Shown: positions 37,060 to 47,195 of the stretch, piece after piece
Position numbering within the stretch: the stretch's first letter is position 1
Layout: each line of letters starts with the position of its first letter
Virus record (IMG/VR): IMGVR_UViG_3300008107_006173
Source: a virus
Taxonomy: Duplodnaviria; Caudoviricetes
Direction: 5' to 3' (one strand)
DNA length: 64,000 bases
Made by a program: the position numbers and the translations under genes
The notes under the pieces: model-generated
The model's database searches: none
Seen by the model: only the letters and a program-made list of their open reading frames with translations
Told to the model about the DNA's origin: nothing

Positions 37060-37133
37060 TACAATTTTATTTATGCCAAACACACTAAATGCCCGACATT
37101 ATTAGTTATCTTTTTAAAAACTATAAATGAAGT

Positions 37134-37688
37134 TTACTGGAATTTGATTCGGTCAAAGTCAAACCAACCAGTTGCTATGTATTTGTCTGTTTGTAGATCT
37201 GCTGCTGCACGATGTAAATGAGTAAAAGATGCAGGCCATATAAGTAATGTTCCCGCTACAGGCTGAATTGATAGATCAAAATGCTTAAATTCGGTTGCGC
37301 CGCTTGTTTCAATAGAGTTTAAATATATCATCCAGGCTGCAAATCTTTTGTTTGACGATGCTTGTTCAGCATGCCAAACAGTAAAGCCGCCGCCTGGTTC
37401 AGACTTTTGAAATTTCCATATAGGATTAAAAATCTTATCAAACTTTTCAGTGCTAGCACCATACACATTATTGTATTTGTGCCAACCTTTATAAACTCGA
37501 TCAAAGATCATTGACTCAATAGTTGCCAGTTCGCTGTGAATGCCTGATCGAATATTATAATCCTTCCTATACGAATTATCAATATAATTTGCACGATTTT
37601 GAAGAATTATTTCATCAATTATTCTACATGTATTAGCGCACACATTACTTGGTAAGTATGAAGGATAACTACTTATAAATGTCGTCAT
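37134..37688 (-). CDS. 2OG-Fe(II) oxygenase
   Basis: FTVWHAE, WMIYLN, G.TEF, WPASFTHLHR, KYIATGW. Confidence 0.85.
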   Translation of the reverse strand: MTTFISSYPSYLPSNVCANTCRIIDEIILQNRANYIDNSYRKDYNIRSGIHSELATIESMIFDRVYKGWHKYNNVYGASTEKFDKIFNPIWKFQKSEPGGGFTVWHAEQASSNKRFAAWMIYLNSIETSGATEFKHFDLSIQPVAGTLLIWPASFTHLHRAAADLQTDKYIATGWFDFDRIKFQ

Positions 37689-37689
37689 A

Positions 37690-37721
37690 AAAAGTCCCGC
37701 ATAATGTTAATTATGCAGGAC
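37690..37721 (-). terminator. Rho-independent terminator
   Basis: 12-bp stem gtcctgcataat/attatgcgggac followed by TTTT. Confidence 0.7.
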
Positions 37722-37746
37722 CAAGAAAAGATACACCACTTACTGA

Positions 37747-39009
37747 TTAAATTACGAATGTTTCTAAATATTTTTCGTATTGTTCCGATTCTGTTATGCC
37801 CGGTATTGTTTTAGTTTTTGCTTCGGATGCACTGAGTAGGCAGCTCTTAACTGTACCATACTCAAAATGATTTAGTGTGCCGCCTGCGTTAAGTTTCTTA
37901 CTAATGCCATGAAGATGATTGCTTAGTATTGGATTTTGAGCAGCGTATCCCATTTGTGCCACTTGATGCCCTAGTCGTGCATGTGGTGATTCAAAATCTA
38001 TCACATCACTTTCGCGCAATGAGTCTTTAAGTCCTTCAAAAGTTTCTTCCTGAATTGCATTTTTGATTCTACTCTCGTATGATTGTTGTCTTGCCATTGC
38101 TCGTTTGATACCGCCCATAGCATCAGCTACGCGGTTATCAAAATGTGTTTCTACAAACTTTTGTTCAATTTCAATTGTATCTTCTTCAATAATACTTAGA
38201 TTCTGATAGTCTTCTAAACTTTCTACAGTATTTGCGTATGTCTTAATACCACTTAGTTTTTCAAAAGTATTGCGAATGCTGTTAATTTGCTCTAGTGCTA
38301 GAGTTACATATTCTTCATTTGATTCGTTTACTAGATTTGCCTTGCGAACATAACGCACAAATTCTTGAAGCTTGCGATATTCTGCTGCTAGTTGAGTAAT
38401 TGATTCGCCTACGCTATCATGCATTTCGCCGCCTGCATACAAGTGACGTGCCATTGCACGAGCAGCCTTTAAACTGTTCTCCTGCATCTTGAAACGCTCT
38501 TCGCCGCGCTGAATATAAATGCTGTGAATGTTGCGACTGCGTGAGCCGCGAACTTCTTCATTAACAGCCTTCTTATGACGAACAACAATTTTAATGTTGT
38601 CTAGGGGTTGATAACTGGTTTTTGTTGATCCTGTCATCACACCAAATCCTTCCATAACGTCTGCCATGTCTTTCTCCGAATTTTGTGCAATATTAACTGC
38701 TTCACCTTTTGGCTCGATCTTCTTGTCAAATATCTTGTAATCAAAAGTAAATGGGGGATTACTTCTTGCAAGCTTCTGTAACATTTTTCTTATAGGATGC
38801 TCGCTCAAATCCTCGCTGGTCGCTAGACTAATAAGATCATAATTAAGATCTAACCGTACTAAAAGATTAGGATCAGACACAGAGAATCTAGTTGCTTCCT
38901 GTGGATTTACAACCAACTTTCCTTGCTTATCATAATTTTTTACAGCGTACCCAAAACCCTTTAAAATATTAAAGATTTTTTCCGCTAGTACATTAGTATC
39001 AATTGCCAT
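37747..39009 (-). CDS. Late virion-associated hypothetical protein
   Basis: 420 aa; late box at 39031-39038. Confidence 0.65.
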   Translation of the reverse strand: MAIDTNVLAEKIFNILKGFGYAVKNYDKQGKLVVNPQEATRFSVSDPNLLVRLDLNYDLISLATSEDLSEHPIRKMLQKLARSNPPFTFDYKIFDKKIEPKGEAVNIAQNSEKDMADVMEGFGVMTGSTKTSYQPLDNIKIVVRHKKAVNEEVRGSRSRNIHSIYIQRGEERFKMQENSLKAARAMARHLYAGGEMHDSVGESITQLAAEYRKLQEFVRYVRKANLVNESNEEYVTLALEQINSIRNTFEKLSGIKTYANTVESLEDYQNLSIIEEDTIEIEQKFVETHFDNRVADAMGGIKRAMARQQSYESRIKNAIQEETFEGLKDSLRESDVIDFESPHARLGHQVAQMGYAAQNPILSNHLHGISKKLNAGGTLNHFEYGTVKSCLLSASEAKTKTIPGITESEQYEKYLETFVI

Positions 39010-39036
39010 AATAGTATTATCCTCTAATACTATTTA

Positions 39037-40632
<1,596 letters not shown>

Positions 40633-40656
40633 CTAAAACAAACAGTTTTACTGATA

Positions 40657-42339
40657 TTATGATAACCGCTGTGCTAGCTTATCTTTAATAGCATTAATTA
40701 ATGCTGTTTTGTCAGTGGTATATTTAAGATCTAGTGGCTTTGGTCCAGGCACCATAGGGATAGCAACTTCAGCATCGTCACAACCGCATGGTTCTTCAGC
40801 CGGTGCTTCAGGAGCATGTGGTGCAAGAGCTACGGCAACATCTTTCATACTGGGCTCTTGCATTGCGCCGTCGCCATTGTAATTAACACCTGCTAACTTC
40901 AATATGCGATGCAATTCTTCCATATCCTTAGCATTGGCGCTTACTGTTACGCTAGAATCACCAATACGCTTAGTTTGATTAAAACTAATATTTGTATCTT
41001 CTTGCGGGCCTACTGCGCCAGGCATTGTCTCTGGACCCGGTGAATAATAGTTTTCGGGAAGAATAGATGATTTAGTGACCGTTGTTTTAAATACAGCAGG
41101 ATCTACTCCAACTCGTTTTGCAGCAACTTTGTGTGCATGGGCTGTATTTTGTGCTTTGACATGAACTGCCCCAGCATCAACTGATTTGCCAGCATGTTGT
41201 TTAGGGAATTCAACTTTCCACATACTGTATTCTTCATTAACATTATCTTCTGATACTATACGAGCACTTTTTGTTGAAGGTTGATCGCGATAATGATTAA
41301 GTGCTTTATATGCATTTAGTGGATGTACTGGTACACGCTTTGTGTGACCTAATAGACTGACAATTTCAATATATTGCTTACTCTTGCCAGAATCCTCACC
41401 AACTTTATCTGGTGCAGGTAATGCTTCAACATCGCCTACGATGCTTTCATAATCATCCATGCTTAATGCACCATTCTTTGACAATTCAATCATACGCTCT
41501 GCTGCATTGTGCAGATCCATATCTTCTTGTGCATCTTCACGGGCGTATTCCATCATACGAAGTAATAGAGGAACATCTAATGTTACTGTATCAACTTCAT
41601 CATTTTCGCTGTCGGCATCAGTTGGATCTTCATCGCTATCACCTAATGCGTCTTGCGCCATAGTTCCTGCTACATGGCCAACGCCGCCAGCTACACTACG
41701 AGTAACTGCACTTGCGCCGCTGCCAACCACTGCTCGACCAACAGCAGCGCCAATGGCTGGTAAAATTTCATCAAGCTGTTCTGCGCTTTCCATGCGGTCA
41801 TAATGACCTGCTTCTAAATCTTGAATAACTTGCTTGGTCCAAATACTTACATCGCTTGAACCAATTTCTTCTAAACCATCACTGCCGGCAAAATCTGCCA
41901 CATCATTAATAGCAGCCATTACCTTAACTGGACCGTACTTGCCAAGTAGGTCTGTGTGCTGCATCATAATGCGGCGAGTAACTGCGCTAGAAACTGCGTC
42001 AATGCTGTCTTGGTCTTCGGTAACATTCTCAACAGCCTTAACTAACTTTACCATTGCTAAAAACTTTGTTCTTAGTGCAGGATCAGCAAAAATCTTTTCT
42101 AACGCACCAGCAAACGGTGCCAAAGATTGTAATAATGAAGGATTTAGAGCTTTACCTTTTTCTGCTTGATCAATTGCTTGAGCAAATTTTGCATTTGGTT
42201 TTCCGCCTAATGCTCTCGATACAGCGGCTGCACCAGCTCTAGTTTTTGGATCTAGTGGTGCATTTTTTGTTTGTGCAGCTGGAGTGGCAGCTGGAGGCGC
42301 ATTAGTTGTTGCAGCGTTTTGGAATTCTGAAAACTTCAT
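40657..42339 (-). CDS. Multi-module head protein with capsid-targeting-like leader
   Basis: RBS GAAGGA before MKFSEFQ (start 42339); modules joined at VTE-D, LDE-I, VGE-D, VNE-E, LPE-N. Confidence 0.7.
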   Translation of the reverse strand: MKFSEFQNAATTNAPPAATPAAQTKNAPLDPKTRAGAAAVSRALGGKPNAKFAQAIDQAEKGKALNPSLLQSLAPFAGALEKIFADPALRTKFLAMVKLVKAVENVTEDQDSIDAVSSAVTRRIMMQHTDLLGKYGPVKVMAAINDVADFAGSDGLEEIGSSDVSIWTKQVIQDLEAGHYDRMESAEQLDEILPAIGAAVGRAVVGSGASAVTRSVAGGVGHVAGTMAQDALGDSDEDPTDADSENDEVDTVTLDVPLLLRMMEYAREDAQEDMDLHNAAERMIELSKNGALSMDDYESIVGDVEALPAPDKVGEDSGKSKQYIEIVSLLGHTKRVPVHPLNAYKALNHYRDQPSTKSARIVSEDNVNEEYSMWKVEFPKQHAGKSVDAGAVHVKAQNTAHAHKVAAKRVGVDPAVFKTTVTKSSILPENYYSPGPETMPGAVGPQEDTNISFNQTKRIGDSSVTVSANAKDMEELHRILKLAGVNYNGDGAMQEPSMKDVAVALAPHAPEAPAEEPCGCDDAEVAIPMVPGPKPLDLKYTTDKTALINAIKDKLAQRLS

Positions 42340-42340
42340 C

Positions 42341-43033
42341 TTAGTTCCTTCTAGCACTCTGACTAATCACATCAACTTCTTTGTTCTCAATTCCCTTGCC
42401 CATATTGGCAGTATTATGAATTGTATCCCAAAGTGGCTTTAGATCCTCTCCCATCAATTCATCCTTGTTTGGATAATTGCGGAAATAATCTGCGCCCTTT
42501 TCTGCTTTAATCTTTGCTAGCTCATCTAAAAACTTTTTGTTAAATTCTTCACCAAAGAAAGGACCGTCTTTGTAGAGGTCTGGATTCTGCATTCCATAAT
42601 GTTCTTGATCTTCGTTAGCAAGTACACTTTCCTCTTGCTTTGGTGCGCGGTCTTTATTAAATTCTGTACGCTCTTCAGCATTTTCACTTTCTAATCTACG
42701 AGGATCTTTTACACCATAAACAAGAACACGCTCATGTGGTAAGCCTAAATTAACTGCTAACCATACTTCTAAAATTCTTTCATTAACAGGATACTTGAGA
42801 ACTACATCTGTTGCACAAACTTCTGAAACAAACTTAACACCTTTAGCACGAACAAATTCCATTGGATTTTCTTCGATTGGTCTGCGCTTCCAAGCAGCAG
42901 CACTTACAAGGCCGTATTTCTGTAGTGCATTTTCAAGTTGAGTCATTTGCTCGGCGCCGCAGTTAGCAGCGAACTTAACTCTATATGCGTATTCTTTTTT
43001 GAAGCTTTCAGCGATGAATTCTTTTAGTTGCAT
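42341..43033 (-). CDS. Late head-associated protein
   Basis: Starts MQLKEFIAE-S; late box at 43056-43063. Confidence 0.7.
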   Translation of the reverse strand: MQLKEFIAESFKKEYAYRVKFAANCGAEQMTQLENALQKYGLVSAAAWKRRPIEENPMEFVRAKGVKFVSEVCATDVVLKYPVNERILEVWLAVNLGLPHERVLVYGVKDPRRLESENAEERTEFNKDRAPKQEESVLANEDQEHYGMQNPDLYKDGPFFGEEFNKKFLDELAKIKAEKGADYFRNYPNKDELMGEDLKPLWDTIHNTANMGKGIENKEVDVISQSARRN

Positions 43034-43072
43034 AGTTATGAACTCCTGTTATAACTATTTATCATCTTAGTC

Positions 43073-43099
43073 AAAAAGGAAGGGGCCTAAGCCCCTTCC
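43073..43099 (-). terminator. Rho-independent terminator
   Basis: Stem ggaaggggc/gccccttcc followed by a U tract. Confidence 0.85.
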
Positions 43100-43145
43100 C
43101 ATATTACTCTACTCGTCGGGCGTTACAAGTGCCCTACTTATTATA

Positions 43146-43490
43146 TTAAGATACTACTAAACTTGTACCAACTGTTACAGCGGCGCCTGAGAAGTCGTAG
43201 CTGTTAACGGTGGATGTACCGATAGCCTGTAGCTGAGTTTCTAGTGCTACTTCGTCAAACTGTGAACCGTCAACTACGCAGTGGATCTGACCACTTGTGT
43301 TTGATGGTAGGAAGTATGCTAGTGGCTGAATGATCTGTAGAGCACGCTCTACTGCTTCACGAGTAGCATCATCTTCAGTCTGAAGATTTGCACCTGTGTC
43401 AACCATGATTAACTTTAGATTATGTCTGCTGATTAGTGTACCTGTTGCAAATTCTGCAACGCCTGCACCATTACCTTTTGATTGTGGCAT
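43146..43490 (-). CDS. High-copy virion protein, possible capsid decoration
   Basis: Own late box (43538-43545), TTAGGAGAA RBS and terminator; resembles the 15669 ORF. Confidence 0.6.
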   Translation of the reverse strand: MPQSKGNGAGVAEFATGTLISRHNLKLIMVDTGANLQTEDDATREAVERALQIIQPLAYFLPSNTSGQIHCVVDGSQFDEVALETQLQAIGTSTVNSYDFSGAAVTVGTSLVVS

Positions 43491-43536
43491 TTTGTTTCTC
43501 CTAAAATATATTACTCGACTAAGTCAAGCTATGCAC

Positions 43537-44007
43537 TTATTTATCTTTTTGGTTGATAATTTTAAGTAACTCGTTACGATCAAATTGACTGCTGGATTCT
43601 TCTGGGGACACGCCGTTTGCTTTATCTAATCTTGCTTTTTTAAGCATTAGGTCAACTTGTTTTAGTTTTCGTGTTACTTTACTGTCTTTGGCTTCTAATG
43701 CAATTTTTAGCATCTGAGCAGCATTATTAAAAACAGGGCCTGCTGCCATATCTGTCATGTTCATACCCAATGCCATAAGCTGAGTATAACTGTCTATGGC
43801 TTGCCGAGCAATGTCGTCCATTTCGCCATCATGCGCTTCCATACCACGCACTTCACTGAGTGCCATATTAATTTTTTCACTGATAGTAATAGCATCTTCA
43901 ACAGTTTGAATAGTTGCTATAGGATTTTCAGTTTGGGCGGGCTGTGCAGCACTCAATGCTACATCTAATGGCGGTAAATTAAATTCTTCTTCCAATTTCT
44001 TAGTCAT
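43537..44007 (-). CDS. Probable terminase small subunit
   Basis: Helical, 156 aa, near the large terminase and next to gp4; inferred from context. Confidence 0.5.
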   Translation of the reverse strand: MTKKLEEEFNLPPLDVALSAAQPAQTENPIATIQTVEDAITISEKINMALSEVRGMEAHDGEMDDIARQAIDSYTQLMALGMNMTDMAAGPVFNNAAQMLKIALEAKDSKVTRKLKQVDLMLKKARLDKANGVSPEESSSQFDRNELLKIINQKDK

Positions 44008-44015
44008 AACACTAC

Positions 44016-44486
44016 TTATTGCTTTTTCTTCTTAGCTATACGGCTTCTAGGATTTCTTTTCTTTTTAGTTTGAAAGATTTGATCTTCATTAAGAACTTTA
44101 AATCTTATTCCTTTTCTAGCACACCATTCTTGTGCAGCGGCCCATTTGGCAGCGTTTAACATAGCCTGCGCTTGCTGTTGTTTACTTTTAGCAGCTTCTA
44201 GAGTAGTCTGAGATGATGGTTTAATTTCAATCAGTTCAACATGCTCGCGACCATCCTTATCCATATACTGAATCATAAAGTCAGGAATGTAATTTGCATG
44301 TTTGCCAGTAAATGGATTACGATAGGGAATAGCGATACTTTCATTGGCCCATTTTACAATGTTGGGATGCATATCACACATACGCATGAAAGTTAATTCC
44401 CAACTGCTGCGAAAATAGGGTGCTTTGCTTCCTACATACTTTGCAGGGTTCTGCACAGTATAAACACCTTGTGCAAACGCCGACAT
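44016..44486 (-). CDS. gp4: Head completion nuclease (gp4, TnsA-like)
   Basis: FRSSWE, KWANE...IPY, YIPDF, IEIKP; start set at MSAFAQG. Confidence 0.9.
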   Translation of the reverse strand: MSAFAQGVYTVQNPAKYVGSKAPYFRSSWELTFMRMCDMHPNIVKWANESIAIPYRNPFTGKHANYIPDFMIQYMDKDGREHVELIEIKPSSQTTLEAAKSKQQQAQAMLNAAKWAAAQEWCARKGIRFKVLNEDQIFQTKKKRNPRSRIAKKKKQ

Positions 44487-44487
44487 G

Positions 44488-44952
44488 TTACTTCGCTGTA
44501 TATACTTGTTTGTTGTTGCTGTTAACCTTAGGTGCAACTAAACCAATTCTATTACCCGCGGGCATGAGCGCATTTAATACTTGATAAGTATCGTTGGTTA
44601 ACTGTAAGGTATAGTCATTCATTTCAAAATATGTTAATGGATTAACGCCTTGCTTTTTTGCAGTTTGCATTAAAATATCAGCCATAGCTTTTGCATTGGC
44701 TTCTTCAAAGCCTGCAATAATCAAATGACGGATCACTTGATCTAACAGCATTGGATCAATTACTTCTTGGTCTTCTGAACGAAGTGCAGCCAAGATATTT
44801 GTACTTGCTTCAGGCAAAGGAAAATTTACAGTAGAATTTTCTAAGTACTGTATTAGAGTAGACTTAGAAATTACCTGTTTATTTTCATTACCAAAAGTCT
44901 CAAACATTGAAGATGAGCCATTGATATTTGTTGATGTGTTATTAATAGCCAT
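44488..44952 (-). CDS. Hypothetical protein
   Basis: 154-aa ORF in tail/head operon. Confidence 0.65.
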   Translation of the reverse strand: MAINNTSTNINGSSSMFETFGNENKQVISKSTLIQYLENSTVNFPLPEASTNILAALRSEDQEVIDPMLLDQVIRHLIIAGFEEANAKAMADILMQTAKKQGVNPLTYFEMNDYTLQLTNDTYQVLNALMPAGNRIGLVAPKVNSNNKQVYTAK

Positions 44953-44955
44953 CTA

Positions 44956-46368
44956 TTAACCGCCCGGTGGTTTCTGTGGTGCTGTTTCGCCCTGTTGAGC
45001 AGGCGTTACACCCCTATCTTTAACAGGTCTAGATCTATTATTAGCTAGGTTAGAAGATACCGCACTAACGCTAGTTCCGATAACTGAACCAACTACTGCA
45101 TTCTTAACATTTTTACCGCTAAGTGCTGCGCCCAGTGCTGCGCCTGCTGCATTACCAACTAGATTTTCTAAGAAGCTAGACTTCTTAGACTTACCTAGTG
45201 CGTCTGCAAATCTTGCTGAATCTCCGTATACATCAGGAAGTTTAGCTCGCGTATCACCTTTAAATGTTCCGCCCGATTGACTGGCATTTGCTGCTGCGCC
45301 AGCATCACTTGTGGCCGCGGTTGCCGCTTGAGCAGATGATGGTTGGGCCGCTGTGGTTGTTGATTGCCCTGGGGCAGTAGGCTGTGTGGCTGTTGGCGTT
45401 GTTGGTGTTACTACCTTTGGTTGGCCGCTACGGCTGCGGGATTTGCCGCCGGTGCCGCCGGCAGATGCGGGTGCGCCTAACGTATCTAAACTTGTAGGAG
45501 TTGCTGGAGATTCTTTTGTACCAATTGCAATTGGTTTGCGACCTTCTTCAAACGCAGGGCCAACAAATTTATAGCCTTGTTCAAATCTTTGAACGTCGGC
45601 GTCAGTTAATGAAAAATTAGTAACGCTATATGGAACAAAGTTTTCGTAATCAAATGTTAGTTCGTATTCAAGTATATCACTAGATGAATAATCAATATCA
45701 CCCATCTTTAGTGATTTAAGCGTAGGATTTATAATACTGTACTGAACACCTTTGTTACCGTGATATAAAATAAAATCAATTCTTTCAAAGAAATTTGGAT
45801 CTTGGTTAGTATTATATCCGTAGGCATTACTATCGTATACTGTTTCTTGATCAATATTAGGTGTTCCGGTTGCGGCTGTTTGTGCTCCTGCTGTCCCTCC
45901 AAATACTGAATTTTGCATAAGAGTAGAAGTACCAGCTGGGCGAACAGGATCTCTGTCAGTTCTAAGTGTTTTATTTCTCACATTCATAAAATGATAAGAA
46001 TAATAATTCATTAACAATGATAACCATTCATTGCCAACTGTATCCATAACAGTTAGCGAAACTGGATCGTAATCAACACCAGTTTGAATTATCTTTTTAC
46101 GATTATATGAATTTTTAGTTTCTGTTTTAAAAGTAATATCAGGAAGCGATGCCTTGCGGACTAAACTACTGATCTGAGTTCTAAAAACAGAATTATCAAC
46201 TGATCCAAAAAGGCTAGCAAATAATTCTCGATTGAGAATAAAATTTACATAGCCCTGAAATTTTTGTCTAGGAGGATTAGTATCAGGTCTTAGGTGATAA
46301 GCATTGCGGAAGTCTCGGGCATAAAATGATCGTCCTGATCCTATGCCTAGTTTATCAAATAAACCCAT
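44956..46368 (-). CDS. Tail-tube-fold baseplate/tube initiator protein (gp48/gp54-like)
   Basis: LVRKASLP, YNRKK, YDPVSLTVMD, IDYSSSDILEYELTFDYE; long low-complexity tail; follows the tube gene. Confidence 0.65.
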   Translation of the reverse strand: MGLFDKLGIGSGRSFYARDFRNAYHLRPDTNPPRQKFQGYVNFILNRELFASLFGSVDNSVFRTQISSLVRKASLPDITFKTETKNSYNRKKIIQTGVDYDPVSLTVMDTVGNEWLSLLMNYYSYHFMNVRNKTLRTDRDPVRPAGTSTLMQNSVFGGTAGAQTAATGTPNIDQETVYDSNAYGYNTNQDPNFFERIDFILYHGNKGVQYSIINPTLKSLKMGDIDYSSSDILEYELTFDYENFVPYSVTNFSLTDADVQRFEQGYKFVGPAFEEGRKPIAIGTKESPATPTSLDTLGAPASAGGTGGKSRSRSGQPKVVTPTTPTATQPTAPGQSTTTAAQPSSAQAATAATSDAGAAANASQSGGTFKGDTRAKLPDVYGDSARFADALGKSKKSSFLENLVGNAAGAALGAALSGKNVKNAVVGSVIGTSVSAVSSNLANNRSRPVKDRGVTPAQQGETAPQKPPGG

Positions 46369-46402
46369 GTCGAGACTCCGCTATACTTTATCCTCTAACC
46401 TA

Positions 46403-47041
46403 TTAAGCTGTTGTGCCTGGCTCGTTAAATGCTACTGCTTCAGGGAATGGGTTACCGGCTGTTACGCGACCGTTAACATCGTTATCACCCTGATAGTGTG
46501 TTGCGTTATCAAAGCGAATCTGTAGAGTAATCTGTACAGGATCGTTTGCGCTATAGTCAGCATCACTGTAGTCAACATTGGTTAAGAAGGCGCCTTCTAG
46601 GAACCAAACTTCACTTGCGCCAGCGTTAACACCGTCAAGTACTTCGATCTGCATATCAAACTTATAGTCTGAACCTGCGGCAGCAGTTGTCTGCTGGAAG
46701 TGGTTAACCTGACGCTGTACTTGAGAACCTACCATCTTTGTTACGCTGTTGCTGATATCATCACGAAGCACAACAGTTACCTGTTCCCAACTATGCTTGC
46801 CCTGTACATATGCCTTTGAGTTGTAACTGTCAATAGTTACTTCTTCATATGTAATCTTTGGACGGGTAACGTTCTGAACATTTTGTGTTAACACTCTTGA
46901 TTCAGCTTCACCACCAAAACCACCTAAAAAGCTAACACGGAAACGATACTTTAGTTTAGGCATTAGAATGCCGGAACCACTTGTACCGGTAATTGGAACA
47001 CCAAACTTACTCTTGGTTTCCGATGTGTTGATATTTGCCAT
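46403..47041 (-). CDS. gp19: Tail tube protein
   Basis: KYRFRV, RPKITYE, W..VTVVLRDD, W.LEGAF..NVDY; directly after the sheath gene. Confidence 0.85.
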   Translation of the reverse strand: MANINTSETKSKFGVPITGTSGSGILMPKLKYRFRVSFLGGFGGEAESRVLTQNVQNVTRPKITYEEVTIDSYNSKAYVQGKHSWEQVTVVLRDDISNSVTKMVGSQVQRQVNHFQQTTAAAGSDYKFDMQIEVLDGVNAGASEVWFLEGAFLTNVDYSDADYSANDPVQITLQIRFDNATHYQGDNDVNGRVTAGNPFPEAVAFNEPGTTA

Positions 47042-47145
47042 CTTGTTCTCCTACGAACTATAAAAAGTTAAAACTTCAAAAAGTTTTGTATGTAGATATT
47101 TATCATATTATTTCAAAAATCATAAACTCTTGCTTTAATTCCAAA

Positions 47146-47173
47146 AGAAAAGGGGCATTTCTGCCCCTTTTCT
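47146..47173. terminator. Bidirectional-type terminator after the sheath gene
   Basis: 12-bp stem agaaaaggggca/tgccccttttct, GAAA loop on the minus strand. Confidence 0.85.
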
Positions 47174-47195
47174 ATTTTTAAGAGTTTGTTCTCTA

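Noticed and set aside
43101-43145. Small hairpin between a stop codon and terminator as a possible ncRNA
   Set aside because: Only a 4-bp GC stem and no tRNA-like features; best treated as 3' UTR.
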